In this document: in pieces, positions 12,380-24,372 of the stretch | Layout of the letters: every line of letters starts with the position of its first letter | Numbering within the stretch: position 1 is the first letter of the stretch | NCBI RefSeq assembly: GCF_018350175.1 | Contig: NC_058368.1 | Coordinates: 140,370,001 to 140,434,000 of the forward strand | Length of the DNA: 64,000 nucleotides | Reading direction: 5' to 3' | Origin: Felis catus | Lineage: Eukaryota | Translations under genes and position numbers: made by a program | The notes under the pieces: model-generated | Told to the model about the DNA's origin: nothing | Databases searched by the model: none | What the model saw: only the letters and a program-made list of their open reading frames with translations

Positions 12380-13215
12380 TGGTGGGAGGGGGTGGCAGTG
12401 GGTGGGTTCCTCCTTAAGAAAATTATAACCAGAAAGTTAGCTACCAAAGTAACTATTTAGAATGAGAAAAGAATTTCCCACAATTTACAAAGCTTTAAAA
12501 GTTGACAAATATCAGAGACCGCAGCAAAATCCCAGAAAAGTAATATAGTGTCTTCATTAATTAACTGCCTGACACATCTCTATATTTCTTTTTCTGTATT
12601 GTTTGCATATTCTCTGATTGCCTCTTCCTCTGGTAACAGTTTTGTGATATCATTGTCTAGACAGAGAATAGAAAGATAAAAATTAGTTTTGATTACTAAC
12701 AGTTTTTACTTTTGAAAGTGTCTTGTTTCTTCTCCATTTCCCACATACTTCCTGTGCTGAAGACAGAGACGGCTTCACATGGGCAATCCAATCTCTGGCT
12801 CTGTATGTCCAAGTCACAGAGCCAGGCAAGTAGGCACAGGGGGTGGCAGGAATATTTCCGGAAGCCATTCCTTCAGTGAGACAGCTAGCAATAACTTAAC
12901 AATCACAGAAGTGATCGTGAGCCACATCAATGTATCTCACCAAATCCAAACTAAATATCTACGCGCCCCAAATGCCCAGCTCCACCCGGGGCAAGTGTGA
13001 GGGAGAGAAGACAGAGTAGAAAGATATGGTAGTTTTAACTAAGGAAACAATCTATGAATTTTGCAATTATGTCTTTAGTTTTGCAAATATTTAAAGCACA
13101 TACGACCATTTGTATACTGTTAGGAAGCACTTCTTAGGACCCAGTGCTTCGAAGGGGCTCATGCAATGGGGGCCTTGAGGTTTATATTTCATTAGCTTCG
13201 TGGTAAACACTCTTG
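12380..13215. mobile_element. Probable ancient hAT-type DNA transposon remnant
   Basis: Terminal 'ggggccttgagg...ttcattagcttcgtggtaaa' resembles hAT (Tip100-like) ends. AT-rich body. Family not certain. Confidence 0.4.
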
Positions 13216-13219
13216 TGGG

Positions 13220-13440
13220 TTTCAGAGTCACACAGATGTGGGTTTGAATCCTGACTCTGCCACTTAGCAGCTATGAAGGCACGGAGGAAGCTACAATTAG
13301 TCTTCCTGTGTGTTCCTTTCTGCAACTATACATTAGAAGTGATGTTTGTGTTTCCCCGGGATTTTTAAGTATTAGGAAAATGTATATAAAAAGTTTAGCA
13401 AAGCACTTGGTGCAGGTCCTCAGTAAAGGGTAGCCAATAT
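13220..13440 (+). mobile_element. MIR SINE
   Basis: MIR core 'cagagtcacacagatgtgggtttgaatcctgactctgccacttagcagct'. Confidence 0.7.
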
Positions 13441-14164
13441 GATCAGCATGATGGGCTCAAATCTGCTCCTGGAGGCAGGTCTGCACTTCCCTCCGCTATG
13501 GGGACCTTGAGGTGCAGTGATGATGGGAGCCAGATCCTCTTGGTTTGCTCACACAGGGTGGAGCCCTGACGTTGTCTGGTTCTCACAAGGCTCCATACAG
13601 GATCAGGTAACTTCTGGCTTCTACTGTAACAGGCAGGCCTGGCAACAACTCCCAGTGACTCACCTACAACCCCCAACCCAGCTGAGAGCCCTCCTCCCAC
13701 AAAGGCAGCGCACACAGCGCCCTGCCTGAGAGACTGGATGCTCAGCTCCACAGGAGGGCCTCCGGCAGCCAGGGAGAAAAGGCAGGAGAAGTGTTGGCAC
13801 AAATACCAGGATACCAGGACCCTCCTGACTCCAGCGGTCCACGGGTACACAGTGTAGACCTGGCATTGCCCATCCACAGCTACCTCTTCCCGTGGGGCCC
13901 GGGGCTTTGCCATCCATCCTGCTCCAGACACAGAACGTTGTCTACGTCTTTCCCACGTACAGGAGCCTTGCTTCCTCAGGACTAAGAAAAAGACCAAAGA
14001 GCAACCGTTCCAGCCGGCCAACCTAACACAACAGCGAAGGAAGTGAATAATTTACAGGGAGGAACGAGGGCCGTGTTAAGTGATCCCTGCACACAGGAAG
14101 GCACAATGGTGACACATGTATGGAGCCTGACGTTGTGCAGGCCCCACAGGGGACCATTTGGAGG

Positions 14165-14380
14165 CAGTAAAGTGGTGCAGCACCAGCAGGAATTAGGAGC
14201 TTAGTCTCTAGACTCAGTCAAATCTAAATTCAAACCTTCACTTCTCCACTACTAAGCCGGGGGGTCCGGGGCAAGTTGATTACCCTCCCGGAGCCTCAAT
14301 TTCCCACCTGTAATAGAGGGATACTTATATCCCTGTTTGAAAGGACAGAATGATATAATGCAGGTGCTTAGCACCCTGTC
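14165..14380 (+). mobile_element. MIR SINE
   Basis: 'ggcaagttgattaccctcccggagcctcaatttcccacctgtaatagaggga'. Confidence 0.65.
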
Positions 14381-14444
14381 TTAATGATGCCTTTTGATGA
14401 CAGCAGTTCCTAATTTTAATCTACTCTAATTTGTCAACCTTTCT

Positions 14445-14940
14445 GTACAGATCAATACAAAAAATAGATAATAAAAAAAAGGAGCAGAGGCTTAAATGGA
14501 AACTTCACAGAAGATATCCAGAAGAGCATGCCATTAGACACGTGAAAAGAAGGAGCACCTGGCTGACTCAGTGGCTAGAGCATATGACTCTTGATCTGGG
14601 GGTCATGAGTTCAAGCTCCAGGTAGGGCGTAGAGCTCACTTCAAAAAGATGACAAGAATTTCATGAGTCTTCACGGAAATACAAATAAAACCACGATATG
14701 ACACCACTACGTACCCTGTGCCCCAGAATATCTGAAATTTAAAGACTGTTATGACCAAGTGTTGACAAGGACTTCTCATCGAGGAACTCCCACTTGCCAG
14801 TGGGAAGGTAGATTGAGGTGACCATTTGGAAATGGTACAGAGTTCTTCTCCTTGGGATATGCTCAACAGTAAGATTTAGATATGTGCGTCAAGGACATGC
14901 ACAGTAATGTTTGTAGCAGCCAATGCCAAATATGGGACAG
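14445..14940 (+). mobile_element. Old L1 ORF2 3' fragment, interrupted by a short SINE
   Basis: 'cttcacagaagatatcca...caaataaaaccacgatatgacaccactac' is L1 ORF2 C-terminal-region sequence. Confidence 0.65.
14552..14648 (+). mobile_element. Short tRNA-derived Can-SINE (old type)
   Basis: ggagcacctggctgactcagtgg...gagttcaagc...gggcgtagag followed by an A tail. Confidence 0.8.
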
Positions 14941-15388
14941 GCTAGGGAAATACTACCATTGTGTCCCCAGTGCCTTGGGCCATGCCTTACATATAGTATC
15001 ACACGGTGAATATCCGTTAAATGAACAAATGAACAATCTGCGGATACAATCCGGCCCCTCAGCCTGCATACAAGGCTCTCTAGGATCTCGTCCCTGCCTC
15101 CCTCACGAGCCACCTTTTCCACTGCGCCCAAGTGTATACATCATGCGGGCACATAGGTGCCGGTAGAACTGCCAAGTCTTGCTCACGCAGCCCCTCAGCC
15201 TAGAAGGGCCTTCCACTTGCTTGCCTTCTTAGGTCACGTTTCCCCAGAAACAGACTCTGTGAAGGAAGCATATATGGTGAGTGCTTTGGGGAGTAACACC
15301 CATAAAGGAATGTAGAAAGCAGCGCTTTGCAGAGATCTCAGCTGATCCCACGTGACCCTATTTAGGGGCTGGCTTTCACAGTGGTCTA

Positions 15389-15601
15389 GGGGCGCCTGGG
15401 TGGCTCAGTTGGTTAATCGTCTGACTCTTGATTTCGGCTCAGGTCATGATCTCCTGGTTTGTCAGTTTGTGCCCCCCGCGTCGGGCTTTTTGCTGACAGC
15501 ACAGAGCCTGTTTGGGATTCCGTCTCTCCCTCTCTCTGCCCCTCCCCCACTTGCTTTCTATCGCTGTCTTAAAATAAATAAAAATAAAACTTAAAAAAAA
15601 A
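15389..15601 (+). mobile_element. Can-SINE
   Basis: GGGGCGCCTGGGTGGCTCAG head, CT-rich region, A tail. Confidence 0.92.
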
Positions 15602-16049
15602 GCAGTGTCTCAAGTTCAGGCAAGAGGTGGGGCCTTCGTAACCCCACCAACGAGTTGTGGCACAAGGCCATCTGAGGAAGGGGATAACCTTGGATGAAGT
15701 GGCTCCCTTTGAGGAGGGAGAGGCCAGGGGAGGGATTCAGCTGTGACTCATCGGCAGACAACATTCAGAGCAGCTGGGGAGCAAGTGCTTTGGTCCTAAA
15801 GCGGAGCGAGAGAGGCTGTGGTCACAGCGTGCCCTGCACATCCTCATTTCTCACAGGTAAGAAATGATCCAGTCATAGCCTTGCCTGCCCCAGGAAGCCT
15901 GCCCTGACTTCCTCTACCTGCCCTCAGCAGCTAAGCTTCCATAATCTGCAGGGGTACTTGATGCCTAGTTCACCCAGAGGGGGCCATCCATGCGTAATTT
16001 GATTCTATATAATAAAACCAAATCTACAGGTGTCTCTCTTTCTAAATAC

Positions 16050-16350
16050 AGATAGTATAGCCTATATGGTTAAGAGCGTGGATGCTGGAGCCAGGTTTTC
16101 TGAATCCATTTCCTGGCTCTGTCGCTTCTAGCTGGATGACCTCAGGCAAGTTGCTCAACGCTCTGTGCCCAGCATTTCATCAGTAAGAACAGAAAAACAC
16201 TAGAAAGAAAAAAGAGAAAAGAAAAAAAAAAAAAAGAAAGGAAAAAGTAAGTACCTCTTAGGATTGTTGAGTTGTTGAGTCAAGGCTGCAATGCTCAAAA
16301 CAGGGCCAGACACAGAGCAAGCTTTCAATAAATGTGAGCAGTTATTACCA
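16050..16350 (+). mobile_element. MIR SINE with A-rich insertion
   Basis: 'ggttaagagcgtggatgctggagccag...atgacctcaggcaagttgctcaac'. Confidence 0.7.
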
Positions 16351-17253
16351 AAGGCATGCATCGTTTCAGGCATTCAGTTTAAGTTGTTAGAAAACGAGTA
16401 AAGCCAAGTCCTTGCAGGTCTTAGCTCTCAACAAGAACTCAGAGATTTCTAGCCCTCATTTCAGCCACTACATTTTTTTCATTGTCACACACTGTGAAGC
16501 AGGGTACCAGACATTCCAGAGCAATAACTCCAGGAGTCACTTGAAGACTTTCTTTCACACGGAGGAGTAAGACAGCATATCTGCACCCAGGCAGCGGAAA
16601 TCAGCTTCATGTTGATAAATGGCACGGCCACCGCCATTGCTCTGAGCCGTTCGTTTAAAATGATGCAAGAATCAAACAACCACAAATCTGCATGTCCTGG
16701 GTGACTCCTTCCCCCGTTCCACCCTCCACGCAGGCCGTTCTTCTCTAAGGGCCCTACAGCTGCTAGAGAAAAAGATACAGAGATTTCCTGCTGGCGTACT
16801 GTCGCTTGCCTGACTGCTGGCCTTCACTCTCCAGAAGCAAAAAGAAGGAAAGGGAGAAGGAAGCCTGGGGATATGGAAACACAGGGGATTTTCCAAGCAG
16901 GGGAAGTGAAACAGGTGCCCCCTCCTTCTCCAGGGCAACCCTTTTCCTGAGGCCCAAGGCAATGTCACAGTCTTACTGAGACTCTGATGAACCCAGCACC
17001 CAAGTTTTGTGGTCGCGTTGTCGCAATGTGAAATCTTTCATTCAAGGCGACTCAAGAAATGACATCCAGATGAGCTGCAGAGGTCCAGGGACCCTGAATG
17101 GCTGATCGTTGCAAGTTTATTAATCTAGTCAAAAAAATAAATAAATGCCAAGGAACTACTACACGCCGGAAATCATTGCAGGCACCAATAACAAATAAGA
17201 CAGATGTGGTCCTCTCTGTTTTCAAGAAGCCTACATTGCAATGGGGGAAGACA

Positions 17254-17468
17254 GGGGAGCCTGGGTGGCTCGGTGGGTTAAGCATCCAACTTCGCCTGAG
17301 GTCACGATCTCACAGTTCGTGAGTTCGAGCCCCGCGTCGGTCTCTGTGCTGACAGCTCAGAGCCTGGAGCCTGCTTTATATTCTGTGTCTCCCTCGATCT
17401 TGCCCCTCCCCTGCTTGTGCTCTGCCTCTCTGCCTCTCTCTATCAAATATAAATAAACATTAAAAAAA
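17254..17468 (+). mobile_element. Can-SINE
   Basis: Typical body. TSD ttgcaatgggggaagaca / ttacaatgagggaagaca. Confidence 0.93.
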
Positions 17469-18095
17469 TTACAATGAGGGAAGACAGGCAATAAATAAAC
17501 AAATAAATGGAAATGGTTGCAGAACTAATACACAAAACACAAACCAGGATGGTATACCCTCCATCACTGGGTAGGAGCTACTTTAGATCGATTGGCCAGG
17601 GAAGCCCTCCCTGAAGAGGTGACCGTTGACCTGAAGGACAAGAAAACATCTCAAAGCTCAGTCTGGTCTAGACGGTGTTTTGCTTTGGAATCCTATAAGC
17701 GGGGAACCCCCTCTCCCCACAAGGAGACAACTACCAAGTTAGATGCGGGGCTGTAGCAGGAAGGGTGTGGGAGCTGTGGCAGCAAAGAGAACTTGCTGCC
17801 CTTCTCCACCCTGCTGTCGTTGAAGCGGCAGCTGGCACTCCTGCTGGCCTCCGGTAGAGCCGTCGTTGGTTTTCTGTCCCAGAACCGAATCCGTCTAGAG
17901 TGCAGATACCAACACGGTGACGCAAAGCATCTTGCTGTTCCGTAGCTCCCGGTTCTGCGGCAAGCTGGACCATGTGGACTCTGCTTACATACTTCTCACT
18001 GTTGCACAGCCAGCTCAGTGCCTGCAGCACAGCCCTGTCCCTTTTAGCAGTGTCGTAGAGGGAACGGTGCCTCACGGGTGGTAAACCTCAGCTTC

Positions 18096-18096
<1 letters not shown>

Positions 18097-18128
<32 letters not shown>
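18097..18128. repeat. (AC)16 microsatellite
   Basis: Direct read. Confidence 0.95.
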
Positions 18129-18130
<2 letters not shown>

Positions 18131-18869
18131 CTCACACAGCTCACACTACCCAGCCACAGGAAAAAAAAAAAAAAGGTGCATTATGAACATAAGCAACCCT
18201 GCCCAAAAAGAGATCTCGCCAGACAATAGATTTCTTTTTTTTTTTTTGGTAACCCTCCAAATTCTCTTTTTGTGTTCAGTAACGTGCAGTAATATATTTT
18301 CCACAATTTTGATCAGCATAAATACACAGGTTTGTATCTTGTTTTTTCTATTTGGCACTTTTCATATAATACATTTTTCCTCATTAGTATTGTTCCCAAG
18401 TGTCATTTTAACAGCTTAATAGAATGCAAGCATGTTGAATTTCGTTGTTTATTTTTGCTTGTTTTTTTTTGTTTTTTTTTTTTTTGTTTTTTTTTTTTGT
18501 TTTTTTTTTTACATTTTTGAGAACTGAGATTATTTGAGGTTTTTGTGTATTATTCAAGACCCGGCTAAGGTAGATTTAGTTTTTCTCTTATTTTTTTTTC
18601 TTCTCTTTTGCCTTGTCAACAGTTTTATGGCTCTTGTTAAATTTACTAGCAGCTCTCAGGAAAGATGGAGCCAGTTTATGGCACCGGCCAATAGTGGGCA
18701 TGTGCCTTTTTTCTTAGATCTGTTTCTCAACGGGGCATTATCAGCATAAAGAGATGAAAGTGTTGCAAACAATTTGAAGGAATTCCTTGTTTTATAAGGA
18801 AAAAAATCCCAAAGCCTTCCTTTAAACCCACTAGTGGTTATATAGCCTTAATTTAACCTTAACCTTGGT

Positions 18870-19270
18870 GCTCCATAAACAGACCACTTTATGCACCTGC
18901 CTCAGGCCTATCTTCACTTCTCTCTGCTCTGAAATGCTCTTTCCAGAAAATCGCATGGCTGGCTTGCTTACTTTAGTCAGGTCTCTGAAGGAGAGGCCTT
19001 TGCCCCTCACCCCACCTAAAATGCCGCTCTGCCCCACTCTGCCTCTCTTCTCTCCTCTTACCTTGCACGGTCCTCGTCATTGCCTGACATAATATGTGCC
19101 TTTTTTGTTTTTATAGATGTTATCTGTGTCCCTCCTCTAGAAGGGACATTTCATAAGAACAAAGACTTCATCTCTTCTGTTTGCTTCGATATCCCCAATG
19201 CATAGAAGATGCCTCATACATAGCATATGTTCCACAACTATCACTGAATGAATGAAGGAGTGAATGAACG
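18870..19270 (+). mobile_element. L2 3' end remnant
   Basis: Degenerate L2 tail ending in gaatgaatgaa repeats. Confidence 0.6.
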
Positions 19271-19369
19271 AAGTGTCTGATTACATTATCCGTCTTGACA
19301 TTCTGAAGAGTAAGAGCTGGAAAACTGTGCTAGGCTGATTGGTGAATCTAAAAGTTTGCTGGTCATGAG

Positions 19370-19569
19370 GGGGCACCTGGGTGGCTCAGTCCATTAGGTG
19401 TCCAACTTCAGCTGAGGTCATGATCTCACAGTCTGTGAGTTTGAGCCCGGCGTTGGGCTCTGTGCAGACAGCTCAGAGCCTGGAGCCTGCTTCAGATTCT
19501 GTGTCTCCCTCTCTCTCTGCCTCTCTCCCCCTTTTTCTCTCAAAAATAAATAAATACTTTAAAATGTTT

Positions 19570-19603
<34 letters not shown>
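19370..19603 (+). mobile_element. Can-SINE with (TAAA)n tail
   Basis: Typical body. TSD taaaagtttgctggtcatgag / taaaagtttgttggccatgag. Confidence 0.93.
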
Positions 19604-19605
<2 letters not shown>

Positions 19606-20606
19606 AAGTTTGTTGGCCATGAGTTCCTAACTCTAATGAAACTGATGAGTACTCTCACCCCAAAATGTACACTCCCAAAATTTGCTATGTGATTTCTATG
19701 GGTCCTGCCTGGCTGAAGCTTTTAAGGGATCCAGAAATCTCAACTTGAGAACTAGTGCTCCAATGACTACAGTGTAACCCAGAGATCATAGATGGGCAGC
19801 CCTACAAACACACCCTGTTTTGGTTGAAATGGGTTCAATGCCAGATGAACTGGCACAAGGTTTTTTTGTTTGTTTTTGTTTTTGTTTTAAGTTTTGAATT
19901 TGGTTGCTCCATAATGGAAAAATCTGAACATTTCACATAGGAAAACAAATCCATATTTTCTCAGTTCTCTTGAAAATTCAAAAGATTCGGCAGCACTCAG
20001 CCCACATTCCTAACTGGAGATAAGCAATCATGGCCCCAGGTTACCTCAGTCTCCACTGCTCCCTGTGGCTTCTCTGGTTTAGAAGCCGAGTGTTCGTGAC
20101 CATTTATTAGGCTCATGACGCTGTTTTCTTAAACCTGAGTTAAGAGGAAAGCAAAACAGACCTCTGCCTCTATTTTTCTTAAGCTGGGTCCACTTCACGT
20201 ATTTCTGTTACCTGCCTGGCTGCTGCAGGAATTTGACTTGAGACCCCTTATCTAACTCAACCATGAATCCTAAGTGGAGGAAGCTAGGACCCCAAACGGT
20301 TACGAAACTTGGGCAGGATTATATGGGGGCTGACTTGAACTCAGGTTTCCTAAATCAATGCTTTTTCCGCCGCGCTGTCTTCTCAACTGAATAAAGAACC
20401 AAGAAACGTTATCATGTCACTAGAAACTATGGATTCCTGCAAATCTACCAGAATTGCCTAAATTTTTCAAGGTCATCTCTGTATACCTGCCAAATGCTAA
20501 GACACATCCAAGCAATGCTTGATGTAGTGAAGGAACAAACAAATGAATGAATCAATTTTAACCTGGGGACTGGGGAAAGGTTTAACCTGGGGAAAAGTAG
20601 GATTCA

Positions 20607-20831
20607 TTTATTTATTTTAGTGTTTATTTATTTTTGAAAGAGAGAGAGAGAGAGAGAGAGAGTGTGAGCGGGGGAGGGGCTGCGAAGGGGGGTGAGACAC
20701 AGAATCTGAAGCAGGCTCCAGGCTCTGGGCTGTCAGCACACAGCCCGATGCCGGCCTCGAAATCATGAACTGTGAGATCATGACTTAAGCCAAAGTTGGA
20801 CACTCAACCGACTGAGCCACCCAGGTGCCCC
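20607..20831 (-). mobile_element. Can-SINE
   Basis: Reverse-complement Can-SINE. TSD aagtaggattca. Confidence 0.92.
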
Positions 20832-20910
20832 GTAAGTAGGATTCACAACTTTCACAACTTTCACAACCACCGAGGGTATAATTTTAATTCTGACGCCTCA
20901 TTTTTGTTTT

Positions 20911-22096
20911 CTTTTCCTTTTTTTAAAAGGAGATAGAAGTTTATTGAATAATACTACGAGGGAAGGTCAAAGGAGAGCTGTCTGCCATGAGGCACTGGTA
21001 AGGGACCAAGTCATAGGGTGGAGTGAGAAAGTATAGGGACATATGGAATTTTCCGTTGTTTTATAACTGTGCCTGGGTTGCTAGGGACATTGGTTGGTTA
21101 TGGTCTGTTTGTGTTCAACCTGGTGATCATGGTGGGCCCTTTCACCTCATTCAAGTTTCCATTGCTCAAGCCTGTTGCCTAAAAGCAGCCTCTACATTGC
21201 TCCTGATAGATCGACAATAACAAATCTTTGACAATTGGGCACAGGCCTCATGTTCAGTAGCTGCTTCATGCTGTGTGCAGTGGGTGGTTCAGGGGGGCGC
21301 GGTGTCCTTACCTAAACTTGCTAGTCTCAGGGGTTCTGTGCCGTTACAGACCAGAGCGTGGTATTATATTAATGTGCTGGTAGGCCATTTGAGTGTGAAA
21401 TTCCCTGGTAGCCAGGTCCATGGGATTTAGGGGGAGGGAACTCCCCGATGGGGTAGGCTGGAATCCTTGTTGAAACATCATTTGTACATGAAATTGTTAG
21501 ATTCACTCAGACCCGTGGGAACGTATTTTGCCTGTAGATCAAGGTGCCGGCTGGAGGCTTGCAAGGGACAGAACAGGAGAGGAGAGGCAAGGAAAGGGGT
21601 TCTTTGCCCTCATAGGCTTGGGCAGTCACACCTCTTTGCTGTCAGACCTTCAGACCACATCAGAAAGCTGCCCTGGCCAAAGACCTTCAGTTGTCTTAGT
21701 AATACTAGGGTTAAGGGCAAGAACGGAGAGGGAGAGAAGGATCCCTCCAAAGGGTGAGAAGGGAAATCCCTCCCCCTTTCAGGCAAGGGTGATCTGGCTG
21801 GTTCCCCCTGGGCCTTCGACTTCTCCCCCAGGAATACCCTCAGCCGGAGGTCCTCAGTTCCCCAAGGAGAACCACTGAGGGAAAGCCCTGAGAAATTCCT
21901 GGCGAATCCGGGGGAGTCCCTGGCTGGCAGAGGTTCCCCATGAGGGCCACCAAATGTGGGGCGACCGGATCGGGTGGAGGCCAGCGGGACAGGCTGTGAA
22001 AGGATTCACCCGAGGCAGAACAAAGGAGGTAGAAGTTTATTGGATGCATTGCAAGGGAGCAGCGGGCAGGACAGCAAAGGAAAAACCGTGTGCCCG
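20911..22096 (-). mobile_element. Processed (polyadenylated) copy of a short non-autonomous ERV: R-U5-PBS-internal-U3-R-poly(A), with 14-bp TSD
   Basis: On the minus strand: partial 5' LTR (22096-21955, ends CA); PBS 21952-21935; 3' LTR begins TG at 21196; AATAAA at 20945-20940; A-rich tail 20924-20911. TSD ctcatttttgtttt (20897-20910) / ctcatttttatttt (22097-22110). Confidence 0.8.
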
Positions 22097-22689
22097 CTCA
22101 TTTTTATTTTCAATAGAATCAGTTCCACTGTATGAAACACACAGCTCGAGCCCACCACGTGAGGTTGGTGCACCGCAAACTGAGTAGGGATTAGCCACCC
22201 GTCTTCTGCAGGACACAAATGAGTTTCATTATCTTCATCTGCTCATTTGATTTTAAACTCTGCAGGCTCCTTTAAATTCCCCACAGCTTGAGTTTCAAGG
22301 CTTCAAAACTCATGATTTGTGCTGATTCCAAGAGATAAGAAGCAGGTGACCTGAGCCGCTGGTGCTGGGAAGTGCCGCAGAGGTTGCGTTCCTTCTGGCC
22401 ACTGACACTAACCAGGCTGGACGTGAGCCCTGACTCTGTTCTGCAAATCCATTCCTCTCCATCTCCAGCTGAGTATGGCCTCTCTGTGGGAAATTATTCT
22501 CCATTCTGACAGTAGCAATGTTGTGCCCTAGAGTAATAAATGAGAGCCACTTGACCTTTTTAGGAAAGTCATTATCGTTATGATAGCATAATTTTGAAAA
22601 GCATTTCCCCCTTAATATTTATATCATCCCAACCCTGAGGACATAAACTGCCACTTCTAGTGGACCCTGTATCTGTTTTTTTTTTCTAT

Positions 22690-22990
22690 TTTAGCAACAG
22701 GTGACCTGTTTTCAGCTAGATACACAGCCATAGAGTAAATACCACGTTTCCCAACCAACTACCCTTGTAGACAGAAAGAGCCATGTGTCTAAGTTCTAGC
22801 CAGGGGCAGATACAAGTAGAAGTATCATGTATAATGTCTAGAAAGATCAGGCTGCCTAGAGTGTGGGCATGATGGCTGGATATCAAACAGCCATTTCAGA
22901 CCACGAGGCAGAAGCCACATGGAAGATGGCAGAGCAAGAGGATAGAAGGAGCTTGACTTCCTAATGATGATGGAATTTCCTGTGATTTTT
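22690..22990 (+). mobile_element. Old MaLR (MLT1J-like) LTR remnant
   Basis: 'catgtgtctaagttctagcca...gatggctgga...cagccatttcagaccacgaggcagaagcca...atggcagagca'. Confidence 0.55.
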
Positions 22991-23224
22991 CAGCTGAGTC
23001 TAATGCTAATTAAAGCAACTAAAAGTTTGTCAAGAAGACTGAAAACCATTTTGCTAAGTAGGAGTTAATTATATTTAATTAAAAATAGGTGCTTGAAGTT
23101 ACTTTTCACCATGTCCATCGAGACACTCGCTTCTGCATTATGGGTAAGTGAAAATGATGTTTCCCTTCTTTCTACATAAAAATAAATGAATGCTTAAAGA
23201 CTTTTGTAGCAATTTGTATGTTTT

Positions 23225-24372
23225 ATTATTTTTGAGGTATCATTGACATATAACGTATGAGTTTCAGGCGTACAACATAATGATTTGTTATTTGTATATA
23301 GTGCGAAATGATCACCATAGTAATTCTGGCTACCATCTGTCACCACACATAACAAAACTTTTTTCTTGTGATGAGAACTTTCAGGATTTACTCTCTCGGC
23401 GACTTCCAAATATGCACTACAGTGTTATTAACTGTAATCGCCATGCTGTATATTACATCCTCATGACCTACTATTTTACAACTGGAAGTTTGTACCTTTT
23501 GACCTTCTTTATCCATTTTTCCCCCCCTCAACTCCCCAGTCTGGCAACCACCAATCTGTGTTCTATATCCATGAGCTCACAGGGTGTTTTCGTTTTCGTT
23601 TCTGATGTGTTTTAGAATCTACCTATAAGGGAAATCAGATAGCGTTTGTCTTTCTCTGACTTACTTCACTTAGCATAATGCCCTCAAATCCATCTATGTT
23701 GTTACAAACGGCAAGGTTTCCTTTTTTATGACTGGATAATATTTCCAGTGTGTGTGTGTGTGTGTGTGTGTGTGCATGTATGTGTGCGTGCACGTGTCTG
23801 TGTGCACCACATTTTCTTATCCATTCATCCATCAGTGGATACACTTAGGTTGTTTCCATATCTTGGCTATTGTAAATAATGCTGTAGTGAACATGGAGGT
23901 GCAGGTATCTTTGGGGGAGAGTATTTTTGTTTTCTTTGGATAATACCCAGAAATGGAATTGCTGGATCATATGGTAGTTCTATTTTAAATTTTTGGAGGG
24001 CCCTTTACACTGTTTTCCACCATGGCGGCCCTAGTTTACATTCTCACCAACAGTGCACAAGAGTTCCCTTTTCTCCACATCCTTGCCAACACTTGGTATA
24101 TTGCTTGTCTTTCTGATAATTCTGACAAGTGTGAGGGGATTACTTTGTGGTTTGGACTTGCATTTCCCTGATGATTAATATTGAGGACCTTTTCATGTAT
24201 CTGTTAATCATTTGTATACCTTAGCTGGAAAATATCTATTCAGATCCTTTGCCCATTTTTTAATTGGATTGTTTGGGGGTTCTTTACTGTTGAGTTGTAG
24301 GAGTTCTTTATGTTCTTTATATATTTTTGATATTAACCCTTTCTCAGATATGTGATTTGCAAATATTTTCCC
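23225..24372 (-). mobile_element. L1 (L1MA/carnivore) 3'UTR plus degenerate ORF2 C-terminus, containing a (GT)n tract
   Basis: Reverse L1 3' end motifs (tgtttccatatcttggctattgtaaataatgctg, gaattgctggatcatatggtagttcta). Minus ORF 23635-23844 resembles the ORF2 end (DEWIRK...IMLSEVSQ). Confidence 0.88.

Noticed and set aside
20843..20868. Short tandem repeats (ttcacaact)x3, and similar cagtttttagaa repeats near 54451
   Set aside because: Ordinary slippage repeats, with no spacers or cas genes. Not CRISPR.
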